A stretch of DNA of 64,000 nt from the human T2T-CHM13v2.0 reference genome, Homo sapiens. Position numbers and translations under genes: made by a program. Location: assembly GCF_009914755.1 (NCBI RefSeq), contig NC_060936.1; one strand, written 5' to 3'. Each line of letters starts with the position of its first letter. Position 1 is the first letter of the stretch. This document shows, piece by piece, positions 15,257 through 28,900 of the stretch. The notes below the pieces were generated by a model. The model did not search any database, was not told the DNA's origin, and was given only the letters and a program-made list of their open reading frames with translations.

Positions 15257-15408
15257 AGATGCTTCTCAGTTTACCATTTTGTTATGTCCTGATAAGCCCA
15301 CTTTAAGTAAAAAATAAAAATATCGCTAGTTGAAATGCATGTAATATCCCAGTAAAACCTAAAGTTAAAAAATCATTCAGTCAAACCATTGTAAGTCAAG
15401 ATGCTCTT
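15257..15408. mobile_element. MER47/Tigger5-derived MITE
   Basis: ta|cagatgcttctcagtttac...gtcctgataagccca...aaccattgtaagtcaag. Confidence 0.6.
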
Positions 15409-15473
15409 TGACTAATGATAGAATTATCCTCAAAACATAACCTTTCATAAAGTTGAACTTTTGTTTAAAGTTA

Positions 15474-15789
<316 letters not shown>

Positions 15790-17042
15790 AAAGTTAAACA
15801 TAAGCATAAACTTCCATAAAGGTGAAAAATCAAGTTACACCATTGGTAAGTTGGGGGCCATCTATACACATTCCCTACATCTAGGTAATGTTCTATGGGA
15901 CTTCAAGTTTAGAAAACATGGTAATATCTTAAAATGTTCCCCAACAATGCCACTCCAGGTTTACCTTTTTGTTAAATTACAAAGACATTTTCTTGCTTTT
16001 GAGTTTCTCTCACTGTCTCAGTTACTCTGCCTCTTAGAATGAGGCTGTGGTCTGAAGAGGAGAACACAAATTAACCCTTTTCTGAATGGTTACAAGAATG
16101 GGAAAGCATTGTTCTGAAAACTAAACGTCATTGTAATTTATTAAATTTCATCTGTTTTAATTTAGAATGCTTTTGATTTCTACTAATTTATTGGGGTCAC
16201 TACCATATATCTGCCACCACATTGACCTATAGATAACATGAGTTCAGTTACAGTTTCTCACAATGATTTGGACAGGCAGGAGAGTCAGTACCAGCCAGTC
16301 ACTGGGGTAGCCGTGAATGTTAGATTAACCTTTTAAGCCAATGGTTTTCATTTTGGAGAAGAGAGTCACAGTGATTTAGGATCATGCTGTAAGTAAGTAA
16401 GTGTCCACACTCAGCTGATCCTGTTTTTGGACCAAGTTGCCCTCTACTTTAGCTCAAAGTTAAGTAGTTTTCCCAATAGAGAAGTTCACCTTACAATCCT
16501 GCAGGATGAGGATGCAGATAGTTTGAAACACAAACAAAATAGAAAGAAAAAGTATTACATACAAAATTTATGAGATTTTCCAGATATTTGAGAATGGGGT
16601 AAATTATTAAATACTGTCAGAAATTTAGTCTACTGTGTTGAAAAACACAAGGCCTACTTTGGGGAAGTCCAGCTAAGCAGCTGAGGAATAAAAGTCAGAA
16701 TAATCATTTTTATCAGAGTACTGAGAAGCAAATGGCTGAATGTTTCAGAATGTATGTATTTAGCAGAGATGACACAAAGTTAAAATTTGCATGTAAAACT
16801 GGAGAGTACGATAAATATTTTTTGTGATTGTTAGTTTCCTATAGTGAATTATTTTCTTAAGTCTACTATCAGCGTTTCCAGTACAGATGTGGAAAATGCT
16901 GCACTTTAACTCCATTTTGCCCTGTTTCCCGTTTAAGCCACATTGCATCAGTAGTTTCTCAATCACTAGAATTACTTCCTATCTAAGGCCTAAATGGTGT
17001 AATTGTAACCAGCTCTTTTATTTTCCACTTTATTCCATTTTA

Positions 17043-17332
17043 TTGTTTGTTTGTTTGTTTTGAGATGGTCTGTCGCCCAGGCTGGAGTGCACACCATCTC
17101 AGCTCACTGCAACCTCCGCCTCCCAGGTTCAAGCAATTCTCTTTGCCTCAGCCTCCTGAGTAGCTGGGATTACAGGCACACGCCACCATGCCCAGCTAAT
17201 TTTTTTGTATTTTTAGTAGACACGGGGTTTCATCATGTTGGTCAGGCTGGTTTTGAACCCCTGATCTCGTGATCCGCCTCCCTCAGCCTCCCAAAGTGCT
17301 GGGATTACAGGCGAGAGCCACCGTGCCCAGTC
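17043..17332 (-). mobile_element. AluS (Sg-like)
   Basis: Antisense dimer with (tttg)n tail; TSD tattccatttta at 17031-17042 and 17333-17344. Confidence 0.95.
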
Positions 17333-17544
17333 TATTCCATTTTAAATTAGTTTTATGGCACCGAACTGTTTTGGAGGTTTGATTGAAGGCTCCACTTTCT
17401 CCACACCATCTTCAATGAGAAGATACCTCAATTAGAAGACTTTCTGAAGAGGTTAGTTAGGATAATGGAGGCCACCATTTCTGAACATCAGCTATCAGGG
17501 GTGCTAAGGGAGAGACGTTCAGCGGCCCAGAATGGCTGGTGTAT

Positions 17545-17680
17545 TTAAGACCTGTGAGTTCTTAATTTGCTTCCATTCCTGCCTTCCTGTGTGCTGCCCT
17601 GGACAGATAATCTAACCTCTCTTGCCTCTGTTTCTGTTTTTGTTCATCTAGTGAATTAAGAACAGTGGAACAGTAGGTTT
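17545..17680 (+). mobile_element. MIR relic
   Basis: ctgtgtgctgccctggacagataatctaacctctcttgcctctgtttc core. Confidence 0.55.
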
Positions 17681-18319
17681 GTCAAATTGCCATGGTATGA
17701 CAGGAATATGTTTGAAATTAGTAGAAAGTGTTCTGCCCATCTCCTCAGCAAAATGAAACAAGTCCCCATTTTATTTTAATAGTGAACTCAGTTGCCTGAT
17801 TTATGCTGTCACAAGTTTGCAAAGAGTGTAAATTGATTTTCAAACAAAACAGACTGAAAAGCCAAAGTACTTGCCAAACTTGACATTACTAACCTGTCTG
17901 AAAAAGCTCACCAAAATCCATGGAAGCTGATGGACTATAAATGTTTAAGTCAGATTCTTGGAGAGAGAAACTCTAACCAGAAACATCTCACAGAAGTAAG
18001 CTAATTGTAAGCCATACAAGCAAACCAAAAAATTCTCCATAGAAGTGCAATGCTCAGTTTTTCTCCAAATTGATTAATTCAGTACAACCAGACTAAAAAG
18101 ACCTTATATGTATTTATTTTGAGAAAACTAACTTCTCACGGCAGATATACAGGGTTTACACGGACCAACTTTTTTAGGGGGGAGGTGGTACTTTTTAAAA
18201 ATGTAGTTGACTTGGGGTAGACTTGGAAGTTTCAGAGTGTTGGAAAAAAACTCAGTAAGAACATGACTTGCCATTTCACTGTATGTAAACATGAAGGCTA
18301 AGAGCTTAATGCAAGCTTT

Positions 18320-18480
18320 TGACAACCCTGGGTTTGAAATTCAGTTCCGTGATTTAATATTCTGTGCTTTTTTCATCATCTGTGAAGTGGCAATGATAAT
18401 AATTTTTAACTCATAGTGTTGTTGTGAGGGTTAAACAAGGTGAAGCCCACAAAGAGATCAACACAGTAAATGCTGAGTGA
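18320..18480 (+). mobile_element. MIR relic
   Basis: cctgggtttgaaattcag B-box region; catctgtgaagtggcaatgataata...catagtgttgttgtgagggttaaa. Confidence 0.6.
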
Positions 18481-18578
18481 GTGGTTTTTATCAACATCTA
18501 CGCAATCAAAATTTCTTTTTATACCTTCTTGAATAAGAAAGAAGGGAAATAGGCTCCAGAATTTTTGTAGGGCTTTTC

Positions 18579-18624
18579 TAGAGCAATCAACCATCCAGGT
18601 TTATTCAAGACTTGGCTTTTATTA

Positions 18625-18665
<41 letters not shown>

Positions 18666-18733
18666 TTGAGAATGCAAACATTCAATGCTAAAACAAGGAG
18701 AGTCCTTGGCAAACTGGAATAGTTCGTTACCAT
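18579..18733. mobile_element. MER81/MER94-like hAT-Blackjack MITE containing a (TTA)n tract
   Basis: Degenerate inverted termini caaccatccaggttt ... caaactggaatagtt; aatgctaaaac core. Confidence 0.5.
18619..18666. repeat. (TTA)n microsatellite
   Basis: Direct reading. Confidence 0.95.
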
Positions 18734-19408
18734 AGCCTTTGCTAAGGAGAAACTAAGACCTAGTAGAGTCAGAATCAGGCCAAAAGGGAGCCTGGAATAG
18801 AATCAAAACTGACTGTATGCTTTTTACTTGTCCATATATCCCTTGGTGTCATAAACATGAATCCGTAAATGAGTCCAGTCTTCTCATTCATTTAATCATT
18901 CAACGAATGAGAAGTGAACCAGATGACCAGATGTTTCCACAAACTTTTATTGAGGATCTGCTATCCTCAATAAGTAAGTGTAGTTGGAATGATAAATATG
19001 TGACTTCATAAGTGAGATAAAGTGTGACAGCTGCTACAATAAAGGTAAGTGCAAGGCACAGCACATAAACAAATTTAGCTTTATTGCAGAGCTCATAGTG
19101 CTATTATTTGTTAACATGTGCCTCTCTCAGCATATCCTAAACTCCTTAACAACAGGACATGTGTATATCTTCTTCACCTATAAGTCTGTGGTATGTACAG
19201 CAGTGCCTGCCATATAATAGTTGCCCTGTAGGCATTCATCAAACAAAGTATTATAGGACATTAAAAGCATGCTCCTACAGCACATTATCACAACATCGTC
19301 AATAAGTATTTCTTACCAAGAGATATATTGAGTTTTATATGCCTAAAAGATGACCAGATCAAGATGTTTGTTTAGCAATATATACATACGCAAATGCATG
19401 CTTATATA

Positions 19409-19410
<2 letters not shown>

Positions 19411-19442
<32 letters not shown>
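19411..19442. repeat. (GT)n microsatellite
   Basis: Direct reading. Confidence 0.97.
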
Positions 19443-19444
<2 letters not shown>

Positions 19445-19574
19445 CAGGGAAGAATCGGAACTAAAAATAACTACTTGGGGATTATCAATACAGAGGAAGT
19501 TGGTGAACACATTTTTAGACATCCTCAATGGAGAGATATAGATAGGATGATAAAGTGACTGAAATAAGATTTTT

Positions 19575-20145
19575 AAAAATAAGCTTTCATTGTTTGAATG
19601 TTTTTAGATTTACAAAAAATGTGTAAAGACAGAGCAGAGAGTTTCCATGTACCCTGCACCCAGTTTCCTCTATTATTAACATCTCGGATTAGTGTGGTAC
19701 ACTTATCACAATACCAATGTTGATACATTACATTATTATTAGCCAAAGCCCATACTTTATTCATATTTACTTCGTGTTTTCTTAACATCCTTTTCTGTTT
19801 TAGGATCTCATTCAGGATACCACATTACATTTAGGTGTTGTGTCTCTTCGGCTCCTCTTGGTTTTGACAGTTTCTCAGACTTTTTTTCTTTCTGATGACC
19901 GTGACAGTTTTGAGAAATACTTATCAGGTATTTTATAGAATATCCTGTACTGGGACTTGTCTGATATTTTTCTTATGATTCGACGGGGGTTATGGGTTTT
20001 CAGGAAGAAGAACACTGAGGTAAAGTGCCACTTTCATCACATCATATCAAGGGTGCATGCTCTCAACATGATTTATCACTGTGGATATTGACCCTGATCA
20101 CCTGCCTGAGATAGTAGTGTTTGTCAGGTTTCTCTACTGTAAATA
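19575..20145 (-). mobile_element. L1MC1/2-like 3' UTR
   Basis: ttttagatttacaaaaaa...agagagtttccatgtaccctgcacccagtttcc...caggataccacattacatttag...gacagtttctcagac. Confidence 0.8.
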
Positions 20146-21129
20146 AGGTTTTATGTTTTTAATAATGAGTTTGTACTACACATATAATTTTCCTGAAAAT
20201 TACTTAAATTTTTCAAGAAAACTAATTGAAATGAATCTGCAAGAGTTACTGAAAAAAGAATGGGTAAGGGTGTCAGGGCAAATCAATGCATTCTCCCAGA
20301 TATTTGAATCTTCCACTAAGACAGAAAGTAGTCAAAGCTGGTTCAATATGAGTGTGGCACTCCTAAGAAACTATTCATTAATTCTGACTGTCTAGTTTCT
20401 CAAAGCTCTTTAAATTCCTGTCCTTCTGGTTCTTCTTCTTTATTTCCTTTGATTTTGTAACCGACTCTATTATCTTTCCATTTACCCATTCATTTTTTTT
20501 TTCCTTAATCTAGTTGGCCTCTGATGCTTACAGTGGAAATCATTAGCTAATACAGTATTTAAAAATAATAATGAAAAAGTTTATGTTTCAATATTATATT
20601 TCTTCCTTTCTCAGCTAATAAGAGCTATCTCTCACTTTCTCCACTGCAGTTTTGTTAGTTGAGCTATTGTTTTATATTTTCATGCAATCTAACTGTAATG
20701 CTTAGTTAATCTGGTTACAAGCAAACTTAGATCTTAATGGCTCAACAAAGTTTTCCCCTGACTCCTGCTTTATGTGCATCTCAGGTATACTGGATGCTCT
20801 GCTCCATGTTGCTTTACTCTAGATAGGATTTCCATATTCCCAACAGGCAGCAATCTTCAGCATTGGAGAAAGAGAAGTCTGAATTCCTGATAATTCTTGA
20901 GAATTTCCCAAATCATAGGTTAATCAGGATGCTTCATTGCACTCTACATACATATTATTTAAAATAAAAGAGTGACCATAGCAATAAAAAGTAAATCCTT
21001 TTTCTGTTATAGGGTTCTACTAAAAGTTTCAGAAGTTTTCCTTAAAGAGAGAAAGAAAAGATTCTTTTGATGGGTACAAGACTTCTTTTGACTGTGCTAA
21101 TCATGCTTAAAAATTAGGTAGTAATGTTA

Positions 21130-21243
21130 CTTACACAACCCTGTCATTATACTTAAAACCACTGAATTGTATGCTTTGAAACAGTGAATTGTATGGTATG
21201 TGAATTATATCTCATTAAAGGTGCTCTAAAAATAATAATAATA
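21130..21243 (+). mobile_element. L1MB/ME 3' terminus
   Basis: aaaaccactgaattgtatgctttgaaacagtgaattgtatggtatgtgaattatatctca. Confidence 0.75.
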
Positions 21244-21244
21244 A

Positions 21245-21630
21245 AAGCATAGTTTATAATTATTATGAACCAATATATTATGAGTTTTATATATAATATA
21301 GTCTAATAAAAATTTACTATATCATATAAATATATATTATATAGTATATATTACTATTAACCAATATGTGATACTATACATTTGTATATAGTATATATTA
21401 GAATATATAACATAGTAAATGTAGAGCATACATATGTTTATTATATAATATATACTATATAATATATATTCTAATATGTACACTATATATAAATATATGG
21501 AATCTTATGATAATATATTGGTTAATATTAATAAACTAAACTGTTGTTATATATAACTATATTTATAAAAATATTTATTGTAAGTTGTATATATTATATG
21601 TAATTGTATATACATATATATACATACACA
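21245..21630. repeat. AT-rich low-complexity tract with internal inverted repeats
   Basis: (TA)-rich; 25-bp perfect inverted repeat at 21329-21353 / 21446-21470. Confidence 0.85.
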
Positions 21631-21684
21631 CCCATATAAGAACACATGAAAATTATATTTACCTAATATTGATATTTGATAAAA

Positions 21685-21740
21685 CAAAAAACTATCATTA
21701 TCATTATCACTAAAAAACTATCATTATCATTATCACTAAA
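21685..21740. repeat. 26-bp tandem duplication
   Basis: aaaaaactatcattatcattatcact x2. Confidence 0.9.
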
Positions 21741-22121
21741 ATTAATGTCAAATAAACATAATTTAAATAACTGATAGATAAGACTGTAAGTATTTAAATA
21801 TTAAACTCCCCCGCCAAACTTACTATTTTTCGATGTTTAATTGAGGCTTGATATTTTTGGATGAGTATAAGTTTATTCATCTATATGTACTATTGAGAGA
21901 GTAAGTATGTATGAGTACTGACCCATGTCATTTGCTAAAGTACCTCTCAGACTTTCCCAGTATGTCCATTTTCCCTTGAGTCTCTCTAATTCCTTTATTT
22001 TCCTCAGTATTCTGAAATTCTGAGTACAATCCTCTCTAATATCAGTCAGTTAAGATGTTTCCTATTTTACTTGGTGTATATACTTATATTTAATATAATT
22101 TCCTACATCTCTTTTATATTA

Positions 22122-22344
22122 TAGATTGAGTATCCCTAATCCAAAAATCTGAAAATCAAAATGTCCCAAAATCTGAAACTTTTTGAGAGCTAACATTAAA
22201 ATATGCAAAGGAAATGTTCACTGGGGCATTTAAGATTTCGGATTTGGGATACTGCACCAGTAAGTATAATGCAAATGTTCTAGAACCTGAAAAAATCAAA
22301 ATACTTCTGGTTCCAAGCATTTTAGGTAAGGGATACTCCACCTG
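22122..22344. mobile_element. Tigger4a (MER46A/Zombi) MITE
   Basis: TIRs tagattgagtatccctaatcc ... gtaagggatactccacctg flanked by TA. Confidence 0.85.
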
Positions 22345-22449
22345 TATTTCTTGTTCATTCATTCTTCTTTTTTGATTACTTGACAAAAAATGTGTATTCA
22401 TTATTTGCATCTATTAACTTGTAAGTTATACATTCTAATTTGTAATTTA

Positions 22450-23255
22450 GACTACTTATTGTTAGCTATACGTTTCCTGATTATCATAGAGATTACAACA
22501 CACATTTATGGTTTGAATGGAAATAATTAAAATTACTACTTTTACCACTTTACTAAACATGTAGAACCTTCTAACTTTTTTTGTCTGTTGATCCCCTCCT
22601 ATTTTTTGTATTTTTATTCTCTTGCATTTTAGCAGTGCATACCTTTTTAAATACTATAAGATGTTATTACTGTTGTTTGGAACAGCCAATATCCATTTCT
22701 AATTATCCACATACTTATCTCATCTAGTTTTCATCCAATCCTTCCTGCATTTCAATGTATCTATCTGGGATCAATTTTATTGTTCCTGAAGGGTTCTAGT
22801 TTTTGTTTAATTTTGTTTTTAGTTTTTACATTTTAAGTCTGCTGTTGACCATTTTCTGTGTTTGTTTGAAAATATATTTATTTCATTTTCATTTTAAAAA
22901 TAGTTATTAAACAGCCTTCACAGCTCTTAAAAATATCACCCTATTGTCCTCTGATTTTTATTATTTCTGCTGAAAAATCAGCTGTCAGTCTTATTGCTAC
23001 TTTGAAGTTAATGTGATTTGTTTAGAGTTTCTCCTAATCTTTGCTTTACAGAAGTTTTACTCCATTGTGCATAGGGTTTTCTTTGTGTTTATTCTGAACT
23101 GGGGCTCTCTGCGATTCTGAAATCTGTCAGTTGATGTGTTCTTTATCCCCATAAATTATGTTTCTGCACCACTCTCCTTCTCCTGAATCTTCAATTATAT
23201 ATACATTAGAACTATTAAGGATGTCCAACATATCTCTTATGCTCATTTGTTTTTC
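22450..23255 (-). mobile_element. Very old L1M (ORF1/ORF2 boundary region); appears to continue at about 30020-30860
   Basis: ttatttctgctgaaaaatcagctgtcagtcttattgct, the antisense ORF1 motif; T-rich. Confidence 0.55.
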
Positions 23256-23299
23256 TTTATTGAGATATAATCGATGTACCATTAACATTCACCCTTTAA

Positions 23300-23576
23300 A
23301 ACATTATAAGTGAAATAAGCCTGTCATGAAAGGACAAATATTGTATGATTTCACTTATATGAGGACTTAGAGGGGTTGAATTCATAGAGACAGAAAGTAG
23401 AGTGGTAGCTGACCGAATTTGAGGAGAGCTGGAAATGGGGAGTTATTGCTTAATAGGTGCAGAGTTTCAGTTTTGCCAGATGAAAAATGTTTTGGAGATG
23501 AATGGTGATGATGGTTGTGTAACAATGTGAATGTACTTAACACCACTGAACTGCACAATTTAAAATGGCTAAAATG
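23300..23576 (+). mobile_element. L1MB-like 3' UTR, cut short by the downstream L1PA
   Basis: aagtgaaataagcc...aaggacaaatattgtatgatttcacttatatgagg...tcatagagacagaaagtaga...aatgtacttaacaccactgaactg. Confidence 0.85.
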
Positions 23577-24916
23577 AGAGTGGGGCCAAGATGGCTAACT
23601 AGAAGGAGTGCCCTTTGGAGACTCCCAGCAAAAAAACAAAAAAAAACCAACAAAAAAAAACATAATAAGCATGTGAATCCTTCACCAGCAACCAAGGTAT
23701 CCAGGTTCTGTCATCAGAATTGACTAGAAGGCTGGTGTGACCCATGGACACAAGGAAGAGCAGTGTGATGTGGCGGCCCACCTGAGAGTCACATGGGAAA
23801 GGGGAACCCCCTCCCCCCAGCCAAGGGAGGCGGTGAGTGAGCACACTACCCAGCCAGGGAAACTGTGTTTTTTCCATGGAACTATGCAAGCCATGGATCA
23901 GAAGATCCCAGTTGCGAACCCAAGCCACTGGGTACTAGCACCCCAAACTGGGAACCTGGAGATTCTTGTAGCCTCTCAGCTGGAATCTGCTTAAGCCCAG
24001 TGAACTCCTGGGGGGAGGGGTGACCAGCACTGCCTGGACTGCCTGCTGTCTAAGCTTTTGAACTCCTTGTGGGAGGGGCAGCAGTCAGCAATGGGACTGG
24101 CAACTGCCTAATACACTAAGCTCCCTAAATGGGGGGAAGGGCAGCACCAACTTCTATAGCTCCAGGCTGCAATTTTCCCCTGCTGGAGGCAGGGAGGCTG
24201 GATGGCTTTGTCCCAAGACTTGTCCCCACAGCCCAACACACCGGCTTTGGCCGTCTGCAGCCAGGGTGGCTCTTCAGGTCTAACTCTGACCCATCCTTCC
24301 TTATTGGGCGGGGCTTCCCTACAGGATCTCCAATAACTCCAGCCAGGACAGAATTCAGATCTCCCTGAGCCTGAGTCCCTAGTGGGAGGGGTAGCCACAG
24401 TCTCTGTGGACCAGCAGCCCTAGCCTCTCCTCCTGGTAGTTCTGAGGAATCTGGGCAGCCCAGATGAGTGGGTTTCCCCCCAGCAAAACACACCGTCTCC
24501 ACCAAGGGACAAAGTACTTCATTAAATGGGTCCTGTTCCCTGTGCCACCCAACTGGGTGAGGCCCTGCAACAGGGGTTGTCAAACACCCTATATAGGAGT
24601 AATCCTACTGGCATCAGGTTGGTGCCCCTTGAGGTCAGAGGTCCCACAAGAAGAAGCAAGCATCCATCTTTGCTGGTCTCCAGCCTCCCTGAGTGACATC
24701 TCCAGGCACAGGAGCAAATCAGATGAATAGGGACTGAAGTGAACCCCCAGAAAACTACAGCAACCTTACAGAAGATGGACCTGACTATCGAAAGAAAAAC
24801 AAGCAGAAAGTAACAACAACAGCATCAACAACAACAACAACAACAAAAAGGTCCCCACAAAAACCCCATCCAAGGGTCAGTAACCTCAAAGACAGAAACT
24901 AGACAAATTCACAAAG

Positions 24917-25946
24917 ATGAGAAAGAATCAATGGAAAAATGGTGAAAACCCAGAAGGCCAGAGTGCTTCTTCTCCTCCAAATGATCACATCTCTCCATCA
25001 AGGGCAAAGAACCAGAGGATCAGATGGACAAATTGACAGAAGTAGGCTTCAGAAGAGGGTTACAAAAAACTACCTCTGACGAGCTAAAGGAGCATGTTCT
25101 AACCCAAAGCAAAGAAGCTAAGAACTTTGATAAGAGGTTAGAAGAAAGTGCTAACTAGAACAATCAGTTTAGAGAGGAATATAAATGACCTGAAAGAGGT
25201 GAAAAACACAGCACAAGAACTTGGTGAAGCATACACAAGTATCAACCGCCAAATTGATGAAGCAGAAGACAGGGTATCAGAGTTTGAAGACCACCTTACT
25301 GAAATAAGACATGCAGACAAGAATAGAGAAAAAAGAATAAAAAGGAATGAACAAAACCTCCACAAAATATGGGACTTTATAAAAAGACTCAACCTATGAT
25401 TGATTGGAGTACTGGAAGGAGACAGGGGAATGGAAACGAGCTGGAAAACACACTTCAGGATAGTATCCAGGAGAACTTCCCCAACCTAGCAAGACAGGCC
25501 AACATGCAAATTCAGGAAATAAAAGAATATCATTAAGATACTCAATGAGAAGATCAAACCCAAGACATATAATCATCAGATTCTCCAAGGGTGAAATCAA
25601 GGAAAAACTGTTAAGGGCAGCCAGAGAGAAACGCCAGGTCACATACAAAGGGAAGCCCATCAGACTAACAACAAACCTCTCAGCAGAAACTCTACAAGCC
25701 AGGAGAGATTGGGGGCCAGTATTCAACATTCTTAAAGAAAATCATTTCCAACCCAGAATTTCATATCCAGCCAAACTAAGCTTCATAAGCAAAGGAAAAA
25801 TAAAATCCTTTCCAGACAAGCAAATGCTGAGGGATTTTGTTACCACCAGGCCTGTCCTGCAAGAGCTCCTGAAAGAAGTACTAAATATGGAAAGGAAAAA
25901 CTGTTATCAGCCCTGCAAAAACACAGCAAAATATAAAAGCCAATGA
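24917..25946 (+). pseudogene. Disrupted L1 ORF1p
   Basis: Fragments SLERNINDLKEVKNTAQEL and PRHIIIRFSK...GKPIRLT...FQPRISYPAKLSF; frameshifted. Confidence 0.9.
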
Positions 25947-25999
25947 CACCATGAAGAAACTGCATCAACCGTTGTGCAAAATAACCAAATAGCATCATG

Positions 26000-28900
26000 A
26001 TGACAGGATTAAACTTCCACATAACAATACTGACCTTAAATGTAAATGGGCTAAATGCCCCCAATTAAAAGACACAGACTGGCAAATTGAATAAGGAGTC
26101 AAGACCCATCAGTGTGCTGTATTCAAGAGACCCATCTCACGTGCAAAGACACACACAGGTTCAAAATAAAGGGATGGAGGAAAATTTACCAAGCAAATGG
26201 AAAGCAAAAAACAGCAGGGGTTGCCATCCTAGTCTCTGACAAAACAGACTTTAAACCAACAAAGATCAAAAAAGACAAAGAAGGGCCCAACATAATGATA
26301 AAGGGAGCAATTTAACAAGCAGAGCTAACTATTCTGTATATATATGCACCCAATACAGGAGCACCCAGATTCATAAAACTAGTTCTTAGAGCCCTACAAA
26401 GAGACTTAGACTACCACACAATAATAGTGGGAGACTTTAACACCTCACTGTCAGTATTAGATCAATGAGACAGAAAATTAACAAGAATATTCAGGACTTG
26501 AATTCAGATCTGGATCAAGTGGACCTACTAGATGTCTACAGAACTCTCTACCCCAAATCAACAGAATATACATTCTTCTCAGTGCCACATGACACTTATT
26601 CTAAAATAGACCACATAATTGGAAGTAAAACACTCCTGAGCAAATGCAAAATAACTGAAATCATGACAAATAATCTCTCAGACCACAGTGCAATCAAATT
26701 AGAACTAAGGATTAAGAAACTCACTCAACTCACCAAAACCACACAATTTCATGGAAATTGAACAACCTGCTCCCGAGTGACTCCTGGGTAAATAATGAAA
26801 TTAAGGCAGCTATCAAGAAGTTCTTTGAAACCAATGAGAACAAAGAGACAACATACCAGAATCTCTGGGACACAGCTAAAGCAGTGTTAAGAGGGAAATT
26901 TGTAGCACTAAATGCCCACACCAGAAAGCTAGAAAGATCTCAAATCAACACCCTAACACCATAATTATAAGAGCTAGTGAGGCAAGGGCAAACTAATTCA
27001 AAAACTAGCAGAAGACAAGAAATAACTAAGATCAGAGAAGAACTGAAGGAGATAGAGACACAAAGAAACCCTCCAAAAAAATCAATGAATCCAGGAGCTG
27101 TTTTTTTTAAAAAAAATAACAAAATAGATAGACTGCTAGCCAGACTAATAAAGAATAAAAGAGAGAAGAATCAAAAAGACACAATAAAAAATGATAAAGG
27201 AGATACCACCACTGACCTCACAAAAATACAAACTACCATTAGAAAATACTATAAACACCTCTATGCAAATAAACCAGAAAATCTAGAAGAAATGGATAAA
27301 TTCCTGGACACATACACCCTACCAAGACTAAACCAGAAAAAAGTTGAATCCCTGAATAGGCCAATAACAAGCTCTGAAATTAAGGCAGTAATTAATAGCC
27401 TACCAACCAAAATCAGAGGGATTCACTGCTGAATTTTATCAGAAATACAAAGAGGAGGTAGTACCATTCCTTCCGAAAATATTGCAAACATTGAAAAGGA
27501 GGGATGCATCTGTACCTCATTTTATGAGGTGAGCATCATCATGATACCAAAACCAGAATGAGACACAACAACAAAAAAACCTTCCGGCCAATATCTCTGA
27601 ACATCAACATGGAAATCCTCAACAAAACACTGGCAAACCAAATTAAGCAGCACATCAAAAAACGTATACACCACAATCAAGTCAGCTTCATCCATGGGAT
27701 GCAAGCCTCATTCAACATACATAAATCAATAAACGTAATTCATCACATAAACAGAACCAAAGACAAAAACCACATGATTATCTCAATAGATACAGAAAAG
27801 GCCTTTGATAAAATTCAACATCTCTTCATGTTAAAAACTCTCAATAAACTAGGTATTGATGGAACACATCTTAAAATAATAAGAGCTATTTATGACAAAC
27901 CCACAGCCAATCATACTGAATGGGCTAAAGCTGGAAGCATTCCCTTCGAAAACCAGTACAAGACAAGGATGCCCTCTCTCACCGTTCCTATTCAACATAG
28001 AACTGGAAGTTCTGGCCAGGGGAATCAGGCAAGAGAAAGAAATAAAGATTATTCAAATAGGAAGAGAGGAAGTGAAGTTGTCTCTGTTTGCAGAGAACAT
28101 GATTTTATACTTACAAAACCCCATCATCTCAGCCGAGAAACTTCTTGAACTGATAAATGACTTCAGATGAGTCTCAGGATACAAAATCAATGTGCAAAAA
28201 TCACAAGCATTCCTTTACACCAATAATAGGCAAACATAGAGCCAAATCATGAATGAATTCCCATTCGCCATCGCTACAAAGAGAATAAAACACCTAATAA
28301 TACAGCTAACAAGGGATGTGAAGGACCTCTTCAAGGAGAATTACAAATCACCACTCAAGGAAATAAGACACAACACAAACAAATGGAAAAACATTCCATC
28401 CTCATGTATAGGAAGAATCAATGTCAGGAAAATGGCCATACTGCCCAAAGTAATTCAAAGATTCAATGCTATTCCCATCAAACTACCATTAACATTCTTC
28501 ACAGAATTAGAAAAAAACTATTTTAAATTTCATATGGAATCAAAGACCCCATATAGCCAAGACAACCCTAAGCAAAAAGAACAAAACTGGAGGCATCACA
28601 CTACCTGGCTTCAAACTATACTACAAGGCTACAGTAACCAAAACAGCATGGTACTGCTACCAAAAAAGACATATGGACCAATGGAGCAGAACAGAGGTCT
28701 CAGAAATAACACCACACATCTACAACCATCTGATCTTTGACAAACCAGACAAAAACAAGCAATGGGGAAAGGAGCAAGTATTCAGTAAGTGATGTTGGAA
28801 AAACTGGCTAGCCATATAAAGAAAACTGAAACTGGACCCCTTCCTTACACCTTATACAAAAATTAACTCAAGGATTAAAAACTTAAATGTATAACCTGAA

